Shown here: positions 39,190 to 52,319 of the stretch, piece after piece
Layout: each line of letters starts with the position of its first letter
How positions within the stretch are numbered: the first letter of the stretch is position 1
Assembly (NCBI RefSeq): GCF_006345805.1
Contig: NC_043002.1
Coordinates: forward strand, 114,886,001-114,950,000
Source: Octopus sinensis
Lineage: Eukaryota
Direction of reading: 5' to 3'
Length of the DNA stretch: 64,000 bases
The notes under the pieces: generated by a model
What the model was told of the DNA's origin: nothing
Databases searched by the model: none
Seen by the model: the letters and a program-made list of their open reading frames with translations, nothing else
Position numbers and translations under genes: made by a program

Positions 39190-39780
39190 GTTCTGAACCG
39201 AGCGGAAATAGAGTGTGCTAAGTGCCATGGAAACCATGGTCATCACCCACTGCAACCTCTTGGACTATCCACCTCTTGTGATAACAGGAAACTATTGATG
39301 TCTTTGACATTTCAAAGAAGTCAAAGACTTCAAATACGTGGGCTCAGAGATCATCTCAGCAGAGCGAGACCTCAGTGTGGGGAAGGCGACTGCAGGAAAG
39401 CCTCTGTTTGGCATTGGTAGTGTGTAGAACGCCACCCTCCCCAACATATCAAGATGAGCTGGTTTTATGCGACTGTAAGATCTATCAAACTATATGAATA
39501 TAAATTGTGGACCCTGAACTCTACCTTGCAAAGGTGTAAGCAACACGTTAGCCACAAGCAACACACCAGGTTTGTGTGAGATAATAGCAATCGAAAGAAT
39601 GAGGCTGACCGGTCATTGTCAGAGACATTGGTAGTTGCAAGTTAGCCAATATACGTGGTAGTACCAGAGATAGATAGATATTGGACTGGAAACTACTAGC
39701 GAGCTTGTAAGGTGTATGACGGAGTAAAATGGTTTGAAGTATCACTGGATACTCGTCTATCGACGACCTACGTAGGGTAT
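39190..39780 (+). mobile_element. Old, decayed RTE-like LINE fragment
   Basis: Broken frames give EVKDFKYVGSEI, FYATVRSIKLYEYKLWTL and IIAIERMRLTGHCQR, matching the RTE consensus FKYLGS, ATVxSxLLYGxExWT and RRLRxAGH. Confidence 0.7.
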
Positions 39781-40901
39781 GCGCATCAGTTAAGTTGCTC
39801 GAAATCAGTGAAGCGAACCCTTCATTTTCAATATTTATTTCAATATCTGTAGACTAACGGCTACAGATATTGAAATAGTCTCTTACAAGTAGTAAAAGCT
39901 TGCAGTTGCAAACAAAACCACTTCTTAAATGTATGTTCCATTACTCTAGATCCAGGGAGCAAATTAACGACAAACAACATCTTCGTGATACTAAAATATA
40001 TAACGAGCAACACAGATGCGGCTCCAATGGCCAAGAAATCCTCGCCTGCCTATCAATATGAAGAAAATTAAAAATTATCCGTTCATCTACAATCTAACGT
40101 TTACATATGAAACTAAAACTGTATCCAAAACGTACTTTAGCTGGGATGTGTTAAAAAATAATGCAAGAAAATACCTTAAAGCAAGTAGATAACACCTGTC
40201 ATGTCAACTAAATTGACTGTAAAAAATAAAGCATCAGTTTGCTGTTAGAAACGAAAATGGGATGTATATATGTAAAGTATGGGAAGCATATACTGCTTCT
40301 CTGTTGCTATGTTCTGTACGCCAATGGCTTTGTTACATATTGAAATTTTAGAAGTGGTAAAATCGATTTAATCGGCACCGTTAGAAGAATTCATTAACCA
40401 ATTCAACAACAATGAACATCAAATCTTACACAGCTACATTTGAACGTAGAACTAGGAATATAACTCAACCACTTCATCGTCTTCAATTTTGATACGGTAA
40501 TGTTATCATTACAGAAAATACAGTCTTCTGATATAATGCTAAAACTTCTTGTTTTTGCATAACAGGAAGTTGTAACATTACTGAATCCAACGATATGTCA
40601 CAGCATTTTACAATATCAAATTTACTACAAATAAACTCAGACTTCGTCCACAGACCACATCTGGGTTGAAGAAAAACTCGATGCAAGTGCATACTTAAGA
40701 TAGCATATGCATATGCATATATGTATGTACTATATAAGTATATACATACATGCATACACACACACACATATATATATATACATATATATATACATATACG
40801 CATAGATACATACATAAGAATGTATATACATATATAACCATATATATTTACGTGTGTGTAAGCATATATTATATATATATATATATATACATATTAATAT
40901 A

Positions 40902-41055
40902 TACAATGGGCTTCTTTCAGTTTCCGCCTACTAAATCCGCTCATAACGCTTTGGTCGATCCGAAGCTATAGTAGAAGACACCTGCCCAAGGTGCTACGCA
41001 GTGGGACTGAACCTGGAACCATGTGGTTGGTAAGCAAGCTATTTACCACACAGCC
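40902..41055 (-). mobile_element. SINE family B head
   Basis: CTTCTTTCAGTTTCCG...CAGTGGGACTGAACC...TTACCACACAGCC. Confidence 0.85.
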
Positions 41056-41075
41056 AATATGTGTGTGTGAATATG

Positions 41076-41107
<32 letters not shown>

Positions 41108-42949
41108 CGTATGTGTGTGTGTGTGTGTGTGTCCGTGTATATGTGTGTCTGTGTCTGTGTATTGTGTGTAAGTATATGTATATGTTTCCATTTAGAGTTT
41201 CTCGATTCTTGCGAAATTGTAACTAGCAACACAGATTAGTCTCACTACTAATTCCAATCAGATCTACGATTAAGGTCTTCCAGCTTTGAATATATTTTCT
41301 TTATGTAAACTTCCTTTTCATTAAGCCGGTAGCAAGTGAGTCTGGTGAAATTTGACTCGTAATTTTATTAGGTCTCGTGACCACATAAACACGTTTTCGT
41401 TACCCTATTACTTATATTTATTGAAATTTCAAGTGATGCAGGAGAGAGGGTGGATTGAACGGAAATACGCCATTATTAGTCAATCTTCACTAACATTGTC
41501 ATTTAAGAAGCCTTCAAAACAGAATTACTGAGTAACCTAAGCGTAGAGTAACAGATCGTCCGTTTATTCTCCACGCAGTATCTTAGTTCAGAGAGTCGGC
41601 TGTCAAATATCTGTGGTCTGGGTTCATCTTGGAAGTAAAGTCACTCGCTTAACAACTTCAGATCACTGAGTCTAGATGTGGTCGTTATCGACGAGGAAAA
41701 GAATTTCCAGTATGCAAGCATTTGTGTTCCTTCGAATGGAAACTTAATTATAATTTGTTAGTGACTCTCGAAGAGAGAAGATGATTTCAATAAACTAATT
41801 GATTTCACAGAAAATTTCATCGTCATATTTCGTTGAAAAGTATATACACTAAGCTACATATGGCTTTTGTTTTCTTACAAACAACAGCACACAATTGAAT
41901 AGGATCATCGTTTCATACACAAATTTGTACTTCGCGAAAGAAAACACTAGCTACACAAAACGTTTTAATCTCAGCTCTTCGTGCCAACCACTTCTTGAAA
42001 TAACTATCTCAGCTATTCTAGTCGAAAATGTCATTTTCCCCATTAAATTTGACTTATTTCCAGCTACTCTTGCTTGATAGTCGACAACATCAGTTTATTT
42101 ATATTGTGCATGTTTATGCTTTATGCTTTTATCGTTCAAGCTATAAATATGAGTGTATGTATGTATGTATGTATGTATGTATGTATGTATGTATGTATGT
42201 ATGTATGTATGTATGTATGTATGTATGTATGTGTGCGCTCACGCACATACATGCATGTGTAAATGAGTGTGTGTGTGTGTGTCTGTCTGTTCCTACATAG
42301 ATAGAAGCGTTGACGTACTTTTTATGCCACGTGATTGATAAAATAAAGTTCCAGTCAAGTAGTTCCTAGTATATATCAATTAACTTCATCTCTCAAAACT
42401 GCTGGCCTTGTACCTAAATTAGAAACAATTATTACTTAATAATCCTACTCTATGTGTTTATATGTTTATATGTGTGTAAAACAGTCTTAGTATTTTGCAT
42501 GCAATATGATTACATATTTGTACAATTTTAATGAGCATTGTTTCAAAGTTACTATTCTCAAAATTATGTTTGTTTATTCACTCTGCTCGCATGATATTAT
42601 TTTAGGCAGAAATGTGTTTCTGTGTCAATCGTCTTCGATATTTAGTAATTAATTCCCTCTTCGAATGCATCTATATCCTATGATATGCCTTAATTAATCT
42701 CTACTGAGGTTCACCTTGGTACCTATTATGTAATCAACATTCAGTTCATTTCATGTTTTATTCGGTTACTTTTATAGATTAGTCTTGAGTATGAGCTGAA
42801 TTTTGCATCTCTTTAAAAAGTGTTCCTTGATACAACCGCAGCACATTTGTGAACATATTCGCTTATAACTAGAATGCTTCTATATAAATATTGATAGACT
42901 TTCCACTTCCAATATCTGTGTGTATACACACACACACGCACTATGCATG

Positions 42950-42983
<34 letters not shown>

Positions 42984-44873
42984 CAAACGCACGTATGCGC
43001 GCACACACACACGCACACACGTATACATGGAAAAATGTAAACACATACAAACTCGTCGTAAGTACACAAGTACAGTTATACGCTGGTATGCCACTTTCCC
43101 ATCACACACACACATATAAGGCACACACGTAATGCTATCAGAGAGTGTCGCTTTCCTTAAACTCTAATTTAAGTTTTATTTCCCATTCGTCAAGTTGAAG
43201 ATCCCGCTTTCCATTTGTGATTTCCTAAGTCCCTTGTCCACACTCTCAGGGACAGCATTAATTTTGACATGATTTTACAGAAAGGCTAATATTGTTTCCC
43301 TTCTAGCATCAAAGAACTCGAAATCCCCGATGACGACTAAAAGCAGACATAATGTCCTCCATCTAAGTAGCGTCTCTTCCTTTTTCATCCACAAGGGCAC
43401 GTCTTTCCTCATCATTATGCACGTTGTATTCCCCTTATCCACTCACTACAACACAGCTGCTGAAACCAGTCTCCACCCAACTTCAGAACGTTAACTTCTC
43501 CTTTCGCCTCTTCACATACCTTCCATATTTCTGCATGCATCTATGTGCTGAGGCTATATTGTTGTTGTAGTATGTTGGTGCCATTATTTTGTCATTTTTT
43601 TCCTCTTCGCTCAAGATATTGTTCATTGTTTCCTCGTTGGTTTATTACTGGAGTAGATAGAGAACTTCTGTTTAATGTGACATCTCCTTAATTTTCTTGA
43701 TTCAGGCGGAAATTACTCGTTGCTCCAGTGTATTGCTGGCCCCACTATCATACAGTACATCTATATAAGCATTTATTTAAATGCTTCGAGGCATTTAATT
43801 AGAAATTCGTTGAGAAAATGCTGTTATACTACGCAAAATATACATACATAGTGTAAATATATATATACATATATGTATATATGATGTGTGTGTGTGCATG
43901 TAAATATGTATGCATGCATGTATATGTGTATATATATGTATGTATGCATGCATGTATGTATGTATGTGTGTATGTATATATGTATGTGTGTTTATATGTA
44001 TATACATACACCTATCTCTATCCTATATATATATACGTATATATGTATGCAGATATGTATGTGTTTATATATAGCACGTGCATATATGTATATGGGTTTT
44101 CCTGTGCATGTTTGTGTATATGCGTATATGTGTGTATATCTATATGTGAGTGTGTGTGTGTGTGTGTGTGTGTTTATGTGTGTGTGTAATGACCAAAACT
44201 GTGCGTGTCGTTTTTATATGTGCAGCTATATGCCAAGACAATTAAGCTGGTGTGATATGTATGTGAGTGATATTGAAATACATGCAATAAACAATACATC
44301 TGCACACACACGCGCGTGTATGCACGCATGTACAAAGTACGTACATATTATTAATGGATTATTTTCTAAACGTCATATACATTTCTTAATTGCATACTAC
44401 CTTCCACATCACTGCACAGAATTCATTTCTGATGTTTTGGAGTAAATGATATCTGGTAAGATATATCACGAAATTAAGAGAATATTTCCAGCAAATAACA
44501 GTATATAGAAGTAAATTCTGAAAATTCTTCCTGACGAAAAACAAACCCACCAAAAAAACAGAGAAGAAAGAACATAGTAGTCATGTATATAATGAAGTGT
44601 ATTCTTTCACCTAAAATCATTAACATTTTCACGCTTCCAGAAAAAGTTCATAGTAGATGAACTCAATTTTCTTGTACTTTTAATACAAAAAAAGTCGGTA
44701 TTATATTTTCATGTGTGTGTATGGTAATATTAGTTTGGAATTGAAAACCACCAAAATCTCACTAAAATTATAGTGCTTTTCAATATTTACCCGGCGAAAC
44801 TAGGGTTTCCAGGTCTTTACATGATGACCTGAAAGCAATCGCAAGTAATTACAAGCTAAAAATAATGATGATA

Positions 44874-45047
44874 ATTTCTACAAGGCCTGAAATGTTGAAG
44901 GTTGGCGCTAGTCGATTACATCAACCTCAGTGCTCGACTGGTGCTTCACAGATCGATCCTGAAAGGATGAAAAGTCACATTGGACTCGGCGGAATTCGAA
45001 GACAGAACGTAGATGGATGAAATGCTGTAAAGCATTTTATCCGGAGC
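44874..45047 (-). mobile_element. SINE family A, diverged
   Basis: CAAGGCCTGAAAT...GAAAGGATGAAAAGTCA...CTCGGCGGAATT. Confidence 0.8.
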
Positions 45048-45710
45048 GTGGTAGTGCTTGTGAAAGTCTCACACAGTATGAATACAGGTGCAGACACAAG
45101 ATAGCCCGAAACCTTAACTGGATACTATGCTGAAAGTATAGATACGAGGTAATGGCTGCTTGGTACCAACATACACCGGAAATGGTAATGGACAAAAAGA
45201 TGAAGGCAAAAATCCTCTGGGGCTTTGACTTCCAGACAGACAACGTGTCAGAGCACCGAACGCTGAATATAGTAACCTTTAGTTAGTTAGTTAGTTAATT
45301 TGGCTCAAAAGCAAATAGCAAGGCCATGTAGGGGGACATGGAGTTAAGTACAGGGTGGTGTTCATGTAAAGAGTTCAGGCCACTTGAGGAGGAACAAACA
45401 ATAGTACCTAATAATCGATGTGGCACTGCCAGATGAACATATTATCATGGAAGAAAGAACAAATATGGAGACCTGAGGATTGAGATCGCTCAGAGAGTCA
45501 AGCAGAAAGGTTGTCCTTATTGTCATCGAAAACTTTAGAAATACCCTACAATCTATCGCAAAAATCGGCATTACTTGGAACTGCACGCATCTTGCGTAAA
45601 GTACTGTCTGTCTGAGGTCCTTATTGTGACTTGACAAACAGTACAAACTCTCGGTGGACACAATATCTTCAATGAACAACATCACGACATTGGATACAGT
45701 GTGACGTGTT
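45048..45710 (+). mobile_element. R4/Dong 3' fragment (third subfamily), interrupted
   Basis: SACESLTQYEYRCRHKIARNLNW...WYQHTPE...AKILWGFDFQTD...[insert]...IIDVALPD...KYGDLRIEI...LLGTARILRKVLSV*, 3'UTR, then (AAT)n. Confidence 0.88.
45277..45391 (-). mobile_element. Short 3' end of another retroelement with a (TAAC)n tail, inserted antisense in the Dong fragment
   Basis: Plus strand TTTAGTTAGTTAGTTAGTTAATTTGGCTC...CCACTTGAGGAG breaks the RLE reading frame between ...NIV and YLIIDVA. Confidence 0.6.
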
Positions 45711-45711
45711 A

Positions 45712-45776
<65 letters not shown>
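45711..45776. repeat. (AAT)n array
   Basis: Read directly. Confidence 0.95.
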
Positions 45777-45778
45777 CA

Positions 45779-45960
45779 CTTTCTGCTATAGGCACAAGGC
45801 CTGAAATTTTTGGGGAAGGGATCAGTTGGTTTGATCGACTCAAGTACGCAACTGGTTCTTAATTGACCGACCCCGAAAGGATGAAAGGCAAAGTCGACCT
45901 CGGCGGAGTTAGAACTCAGAGGTTAACTTTGCCTTTCATCCTTTTGGGGTCGATAAGTTA
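45779..45960 (-). mobile_element. SINE family A fragment with an inverted duplicate of its core
   Basis: 45868-45900 pairs with 45920-45952. Confidence 0.8.
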
Positions 45961-45970
45961 AAATAATAAT

Positions 45971-46344
45971 AAAAGAAATAACATGTATGATAATCGACAT
46001 AGCATGCCCTGGTGACAACAGGATCAATGTAAGAGAAGAAGAAAAAATAAACAATTATTTGAAGTGGGAAATACGAAAGTTGTGGTCAATGAAGAGAGTA
46101 GACGTGATACAAATAGTAATTGGTGCACTTGGAAGTATCAGCACTCAATAACCAGCATAGCTAAAAAAAAATTGGTGAATGTGTGAAGGTAGAACACCTT
46201 CAAAAATCAGCATTGCTTGGAACTGCAAGAATTCTTTGCTAGGTTCTTCAAGCATGTCCAGTAAACACGTTTCACCTTAGTCTGCTGGCTGTGGGCAGCC
46301 GACACTTCCCATCTTACCCAGCAAAATAAACTGTGAGTTTTCAC
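45971..46344 (+). mobile_element. R4/Dong 3' fragment related to the 16.5-kb copy
   Basis: CMIIDIACPGDNRI...LWSMKRVDVIQIVIGALG...VEHLQKSALLGTARIL (compare KDIACPADNKV...LWSMKKV); AAT repeats on both sides. Confidence 0.88.
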
Positions 46345-46367
46345 ATAATAATAATAATAATAATAAT

Positions 46368-46576
46368 GGTTTCAAATTTTGCCGCAAGGGCAACCATTTT
46401 GGGGGAGGTGATAAGACGATTACCTTGACTCCACTGATTCACCAGTACTTAATTTATCGACCCCGAAAGGATGAAAGTCAAAGTCAACCTCGGCGGAATT
46501 TGAATTCAGAACGTAATCACAGACAAAATACCGCAAACATTCCGCCCGGCATGCTAACGATTCTGCCACCTTGCTT
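46368..46576 (-). mobile_element. SINE family A (tail variant ...AAATTTGAAACCATTATT)
   Basis: Its tail is the (AAT)n at 46345-46367. Confidence 0.88.
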
Positions 46577-46608
46577 AATAATGATGATGATGATGATGAT
46601 GATGATGA

Positions 46609-46639
<31 letters not shown>

Positions 46640-46780
46640 CGATGATGATGATGATGACGATGATGACGACGACGATGATGATGACGATGATGATGATGAT
46701 GACGACGACGACGACGATGGTGACGATGATGACGATGATGTCGATGATGATGATGGTGTCGATGATGATGATGATGATGA
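46577..46780. repeat. (GAT)n/(GAC)n array
   Basis: Read directly; source of the poly-D/M/I ORFs. Confidence 0.95.
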
Positions 46781-47005
46781 TACCTATTTCTTTATTCCCC
46801 ACAAGGAGCTAAACACAGATGGGACAAACAAGCACAGACATAGGTATTAAGTCGATTACATCGACCCCAGTGCGTAACTGGTACTTAGTTTATCGACCCC
46901 GAAAGGATGAAAGGCAAAGTCGACCTCGGCGGAATTTGAACTCAGAACGTAACGCAGACGAAATACGGCTACGCATTTCGCCCGGCGTGCTAACGTCTCT
47001 GCCAG
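46781..47005 (-). mobile_element. SINE family A
   Basis: Full family core and head. Confidence 0.9.
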
Positions 47006-47774
47006 GATGATACCGGGAACGTTTAACATGTGAGAGTGATAAAACACTGCTCCGAAATCTATCCAAAAACAATGGGAATATAGACAATAAACGGAGCCTA
47101 AAATACCTAAGTGTTAGACTATATCCCAGTAAGTAATACTCATTAAAATTTATTTCTATTTTCCGAATGTATTTTAACTCTGTCACACCTGCGTATCAAT
47201 GCGCTCGCCACGCGGACAAAGTGCTGGACTACACCCGAGTAAGTAATAATCCTTAAAAGTGTTGGACTATATCCGAAAAAGTACACGTCACAAACACGTA
47301 AGTACGTAAACTAATTAATTACGTAGACACCCCAGTTTTACATGAACACATTTTGATATTTCAAAATAATTAAGTAATGTATAAATAAGCGCGCGCACAC
47401 ACACATAAGCGAATCGAATATGACCGTGCTGGAAATCACCTTGAAGAAATCGATTTCTGAACTTATATTTTTAAATCTTAAACTTATTCATCCATTTGTC
47501 TGTGCCGAATCACTGGCTTATGTGGATGTAAGGAAACCAACACAGGTTGTCAAGTGATGGTGGTGGACAAACACAGATATGTGCGCACAGGTACATGCAT
47601 ATACGCATATATGTGTCACAAAGCGTTACTCGACTAGTGCTCTAGCAGAAAACATTTACCCAAGGTGATACATTATGAAACCGAATTTGAAATCATATGA
47701 TTGCGAATCAAACCTCTTAACCGCTAAATACACCCATGCCTACGCCTACACAGAATAAGAATATATATATATAT

Positions 47775-47989
47775 ATTTCTTTACTACCCAGAGGGGACAA
47801 ACAAGGACAGACAAACGGATTAAGTCGATTACATCGACCCCAGTGCGTAACTGGTACTTAATTTATCGACCCAAAAGGATGAAAGGCAAAGTCGACCTCG
47901 CCGGAATTTGAACCCAGAACGTAACGGCAGACGAAATACGGCTACGCATTTCGTCCGCGTGCTAACGTTTCTGCCAGCTCACCGCCTTA
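47775..47989 (-). mobile_element. SINE family A with a perfect 23-bp TSD
   Basis: ACACAGAATAAGAATATATATAT at 47748-47770 and 47990-48012. Confidence 0.93.
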
Positions 47990-49521
47990 ACACAGAATAA
48001 GAATATATATATTCATGTACCTATGTATGTATATGCGCGTGTGTGTGTATATGTATGTGGTGGGTACGAATGAGTTTATTTGTATTCCAGTGTGAATTGC
48101 TATACTCACAGATGACTAACATATATTCCTGGAGCAGTTTGCAGTATAGGATTCTGTTTATGACTTATAGCAGCGAAAATATTTACTTGTCCGTTTATAC
48201 AATCCAGTTCTGGCTGGCTTCGTTTATATCTGCTGACATTTCAGTAAATGTTTACGTTGTGAGACAAGTCATGTACACAGCAAAGGCAGTAACCTCTGAG
48301 CTCTATGCCAATCAATCTTCGGTAACTACCGAAAGCAAGGGCACTTTCGTTCCTTGATAGAAAGAGAAAAAGAACTTTAGGAAATGATCTCGCACAAACG
48401 TAATGAAAGAGCAGTACATTAGTTTGAAAGTAGCCATTGCAAAATGGCTTTATTAGGAAAGAATTGTCGTATGAAAGACCTTAAACATCAATAACAGTTA
48501 TTTGGAGAAATATTCAGTAACCGAATCTTGACTTATATTTAATAAGTTTCTTGGTCATACTATACAAATGTAATGTAACGGCTGATATTGACAGTAATTG
48601 TTACGCCAAAAATAGTGTTCGTTAGTTGATGTGCTTCTTTGTGTTTATGCTTGATATGCGCATGTGAAGATGTATGCATACGATGGTTGTTTGCGTGTTA
48701 GAGTATGTACTGTTGTGTTATGCTATATACATGTGTACTTGTGCAATGGTTCCGTCAACAATTTGGCAAAGCAGACCGAGACTGATTTCGCGCTCCAGTG
48801 AGGGAAATAACGTTTAAAATTGAAAGAGGCAGCAAGATCTTTTTCTCTTTGTATGTAAGGGCTCATCAGACTTTCCTAGCTCTCTGGCCCCCGAACTGTT
48901 ACCCATCCATACGCTTGCGTATTCGTGTAGATTGTCGGAAAGTAGTGTGTTTATCTTGTGCAACTATGTTTCAAGAGTATGTGTGTGCGTCTAGGTGGGT
49001 GTGGAATTGAACGCGTTTATATATATCAGGTTTGTGTTTACTTTGTATGTATGCGTGCGCGCATTTGTGACCTTGTGTTTGTGTAAGGACGTACGCTTTC
49101 AATAATTATGTCTGAAAGTTGTGACCCCGTCAGTTTTTTTTAATGCGTGTGACATTTTGTGTGTGTGTGTGTGTGTGTTACTTTATGAAATACTTTGTGA
49201 GCGTTTCCTGGGTATGTGGTCACGGAAGTTATTTTATTTTATTTTTAAATATGGAGTCTCAGAGACACGCATGTGTATAGTTAATTAATTTAGAAACTTT
49301 AAAATAGGATATGGCATTCGTAAAAATAATTTGTCGAGTGAAAAGAAGACAGTAGATATTAAGGGTACGGCTTATTAGAGTTACATATTCGACGCTCTAA
49401 TTAAAAACTTTATTTTGTTTTTTCTATAGAGAGGAATGTCTGATGATCCGGTGTACCCAAGTCCCAAGGGTATTGGATGAGCGGAACTGTACAGTATAAT
49501 TAAAACCATAAATGTTACATG

Positions 49522-49560
<39 letters not shown>

Positions 49561-49727
49561 ATGCATGTATGTATATATATATATATAAATGCACATACAT
49601 GTACACACATACACGCACATGCACAACAAACACATGCACACACAGACATCTATATATATATTATATGTGTGTTTGTGTGTGCATGTGTTTGTGCATGTAT
49701 GTGTCTGTGTGTACATGTATGTGCATT

Positions 49728-49772
<45 letters not shown>

Positions 49773-50924
49773 GTATGTACACACGCACGCACACAAATAT
49801 ACATACATACATATATACACACACACATACACACGCATATATGTAATGATAGGCCATAAACATGTATAAATATATTAAAAGAAGGAAAGTATTAACTATG
49901 AAACGTGTAGGTGGTTGCTAGACTACAAGGCGATAGAATATACATAAGATATACGTATCTAAATACAATTATGAAATGAAAAACGGTGAAGGATATGGAA
50001 AAGAAAAAGAAACGTGTATAAAATAAGTTAATACAGCATTAAATACATCCAACGAGAAAGCCAAATTAAAATTGAAAATGATGAACTCTGACCTATGAAC
50101 AAAACTTACTCCCTCTCCACATAATGTTCTTATCCGTCTTCCTCTATTCGTAGATATTTCCCCAATCTGTTGTATAAATGATGTAATATAATAACAAGTT
50201 CTTTCTATATACAAATATTAAGAATTTTATAACTGAAGCGAAAAATAAATAAATGTATAAGGTTATATTCTGTTATATACTGTATTTCATTAAACTTGAA
50301 CTTATTTAATGACGAAAAATGAAATAAAACAATATTATTATGAATGGTTCCTGACAAGATTATTATCTCCCTTGCAACAGTAAGGCACGAATAACAAAGG
50401 AAAGAATGACTCACAACCCTACAAAAATTCCAAATGAACAACTGAACAACATTAATACACGACGTAGCTCGTGAGTTTTTTTGTCTTTTTTCTGTTTATG
50501 ACTTGGCAAATTGGCCAGACTTGCACGAAGAAGTGCGTAGGTTACGCAGTCGAATGGAAGCAGCTAGGACTACGCTTATTTTCCCAATAGCTGCTCAATT
50601 GACAGGTGACCTACGATATACGCGCAATTATTGGTACATCTTCCGCTGCAATAGTTATTTTTGCAAGAAAGACAATTAGGAATGTTACAAACTGTACGTA
50701 AATTTTAAAATGAAGCTACTTCTCTTTCCATTAAACTAATGAATTTTGTACTATGAACGAAAACAACTTCCATTACGCAAATGATCTCCATTTTATTTTT
50801 ATATCCTTCTGTCTTCCAAAATATTTCTTTTATTCTGTAGAGTAAATCATGTGATGTAATTAACTAACCCTTACTTTCTACTAGAGAGAGATAGAAATAA
50901 ATCGAAATCATTTATTCTATATCA

Positions 50925-51120
50925 AAATATTAGCACAACGCCTGTAACTTCGAGAGAGATGGCAAATTGATTAAATCGATCACAGTACTCAAATGGTACT
51001 TATTTTATCGACCACGAAAGGGATGAAAGTCAAAAACCGACCTCAGTGGAACTTGAAGTCAGACAAAATGTCACTAAGCCTTTTTCCGGTTTGCTAACAT
51101 TTCTGACAGCACGCTGCCTT
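50925..51120 (-). mobile_element. SINE family A, diverged
   Basis: AATCGATCACAGTACTC...GGGATGAAAGTCAAAA...CCTCAGTGGAACTTGAA. Confidence 0.75.
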
Positions 51121-51544
51121 AAATTTTATATACCATTATTAAAGATTTATCGCTAAAGCGAAAATAGCATAAAAAATATATGTTGAAAGATATACCTCAT
51201 TCCATTAAACATAGATTTGTTCTACGAAGGGAAAAATAAGTAAAATTGTCTCTTAACAGGTTGATTCTTTTGCTTGCAATAGAAATGAAGGTACAGCCAA
51301 TGAAAAAAAAGTTTAAAAAGGAAAAGTTACTCCCAAATAAACCGTAAGGGTTTAGAGAAAATTTAGAAGATACTAATCGCGATCGTAATACTGTGTGTAT
51401 ATTTACATAATTTGACGATTCCTCTTGTGGATTATGAAATGCATCGTGGTTTTTCTCTGATCTTCATGGGTTGATCAAGTCTCTGTTTGCATCAGTAGTA
51501 CAAACCACAGATCAGCTCTCTTTAATGGAACTTATGTAATGCAA

Positions 51545-51745
51545 CTTCTGGACCTCCTTTTGGAAGCGCACTTCTATTGCCTTGCACCGTGCCTTACATC
51601 CCCGATTTCTACACTGCTTTACCAGACCCCTGGTATTTGGCAAGCTCTCCTATGAGCCTCTTGCATATGTTTCTCCCAGGCCACAGTTAGCATCCACATG
51701 GTCACCTGTTTATTGGAATTTGAGATCAATATGGTTGTTAGTATG
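51545..51745 (-). pseudogene. HERO/NeSL-type RLE endonuclease remnant
   Basis: Across frameshifts: ISNSNKQVTMWMLTVAWEKHMQEAHRR / LAKYQG / LVKQCRNRGCKARCKAIEV, matching the consensus ELTVPWExxxxEAHERKxxKYxxLxxxCxxxGWxxxxxxIEVG. Confidence 0.75.
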
Positions 51746-52261
51746 ATGTGATAAACCAAAATATACGTGCATATAAAACTACATTTCTGATGTGAATATA
51801 AGTGAAGGACGAACAAAACAATTTGTGGAAACAGAGATAGAGAAAATAACAATTGCGCTGTGAACATACAGATTAGAAATGGAATGCAATAATAAATAAA
51901 TATATCAATTAATCAATTACTTAATAAACAAGAGAGTATTAGTTAGAGGCTGGTGATTTGAAATTGTCTTGAAAGCGGCAGCAATAAAACAGGTGACAAT
52001 AAAACAGGTAGCTCATGCTTCCGCAAAGATACTTAATTGATCTGCATAGACTAAGGGTTGATAATAGAAGCTAAGTGAAATAAATGAAGGTACCACATTA
52101 CACTTACATACATATGTACACACACACACACACATACACATATATGTATGTATGTATGTATGTATGTGTGTATGCATGTATATATGTGTGTATTTATATA
52201 AATGAGAGTGCATGTCTGCATGTATAACCCCGAAAGCTCCGAATATATATATATAATATAT

Positions 52262-52319
<58 letters not shown>

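Noticed and set aside
43150-43750. Possible very old LINE RT remnant on the minus strand (AEIWK)
   Set aside because: Too degraded to recover any second motif by eye.
49439-49500. Hammerhead-like CTGATGA...GGAACTGTACAGTA
   Set aside because: GAAA is not adjacent to stem II and reads GGAA; treated as decayed or chance. CTGATGA at 11707, 13750 and 28142 likewise lacks a downstream GAAA core.
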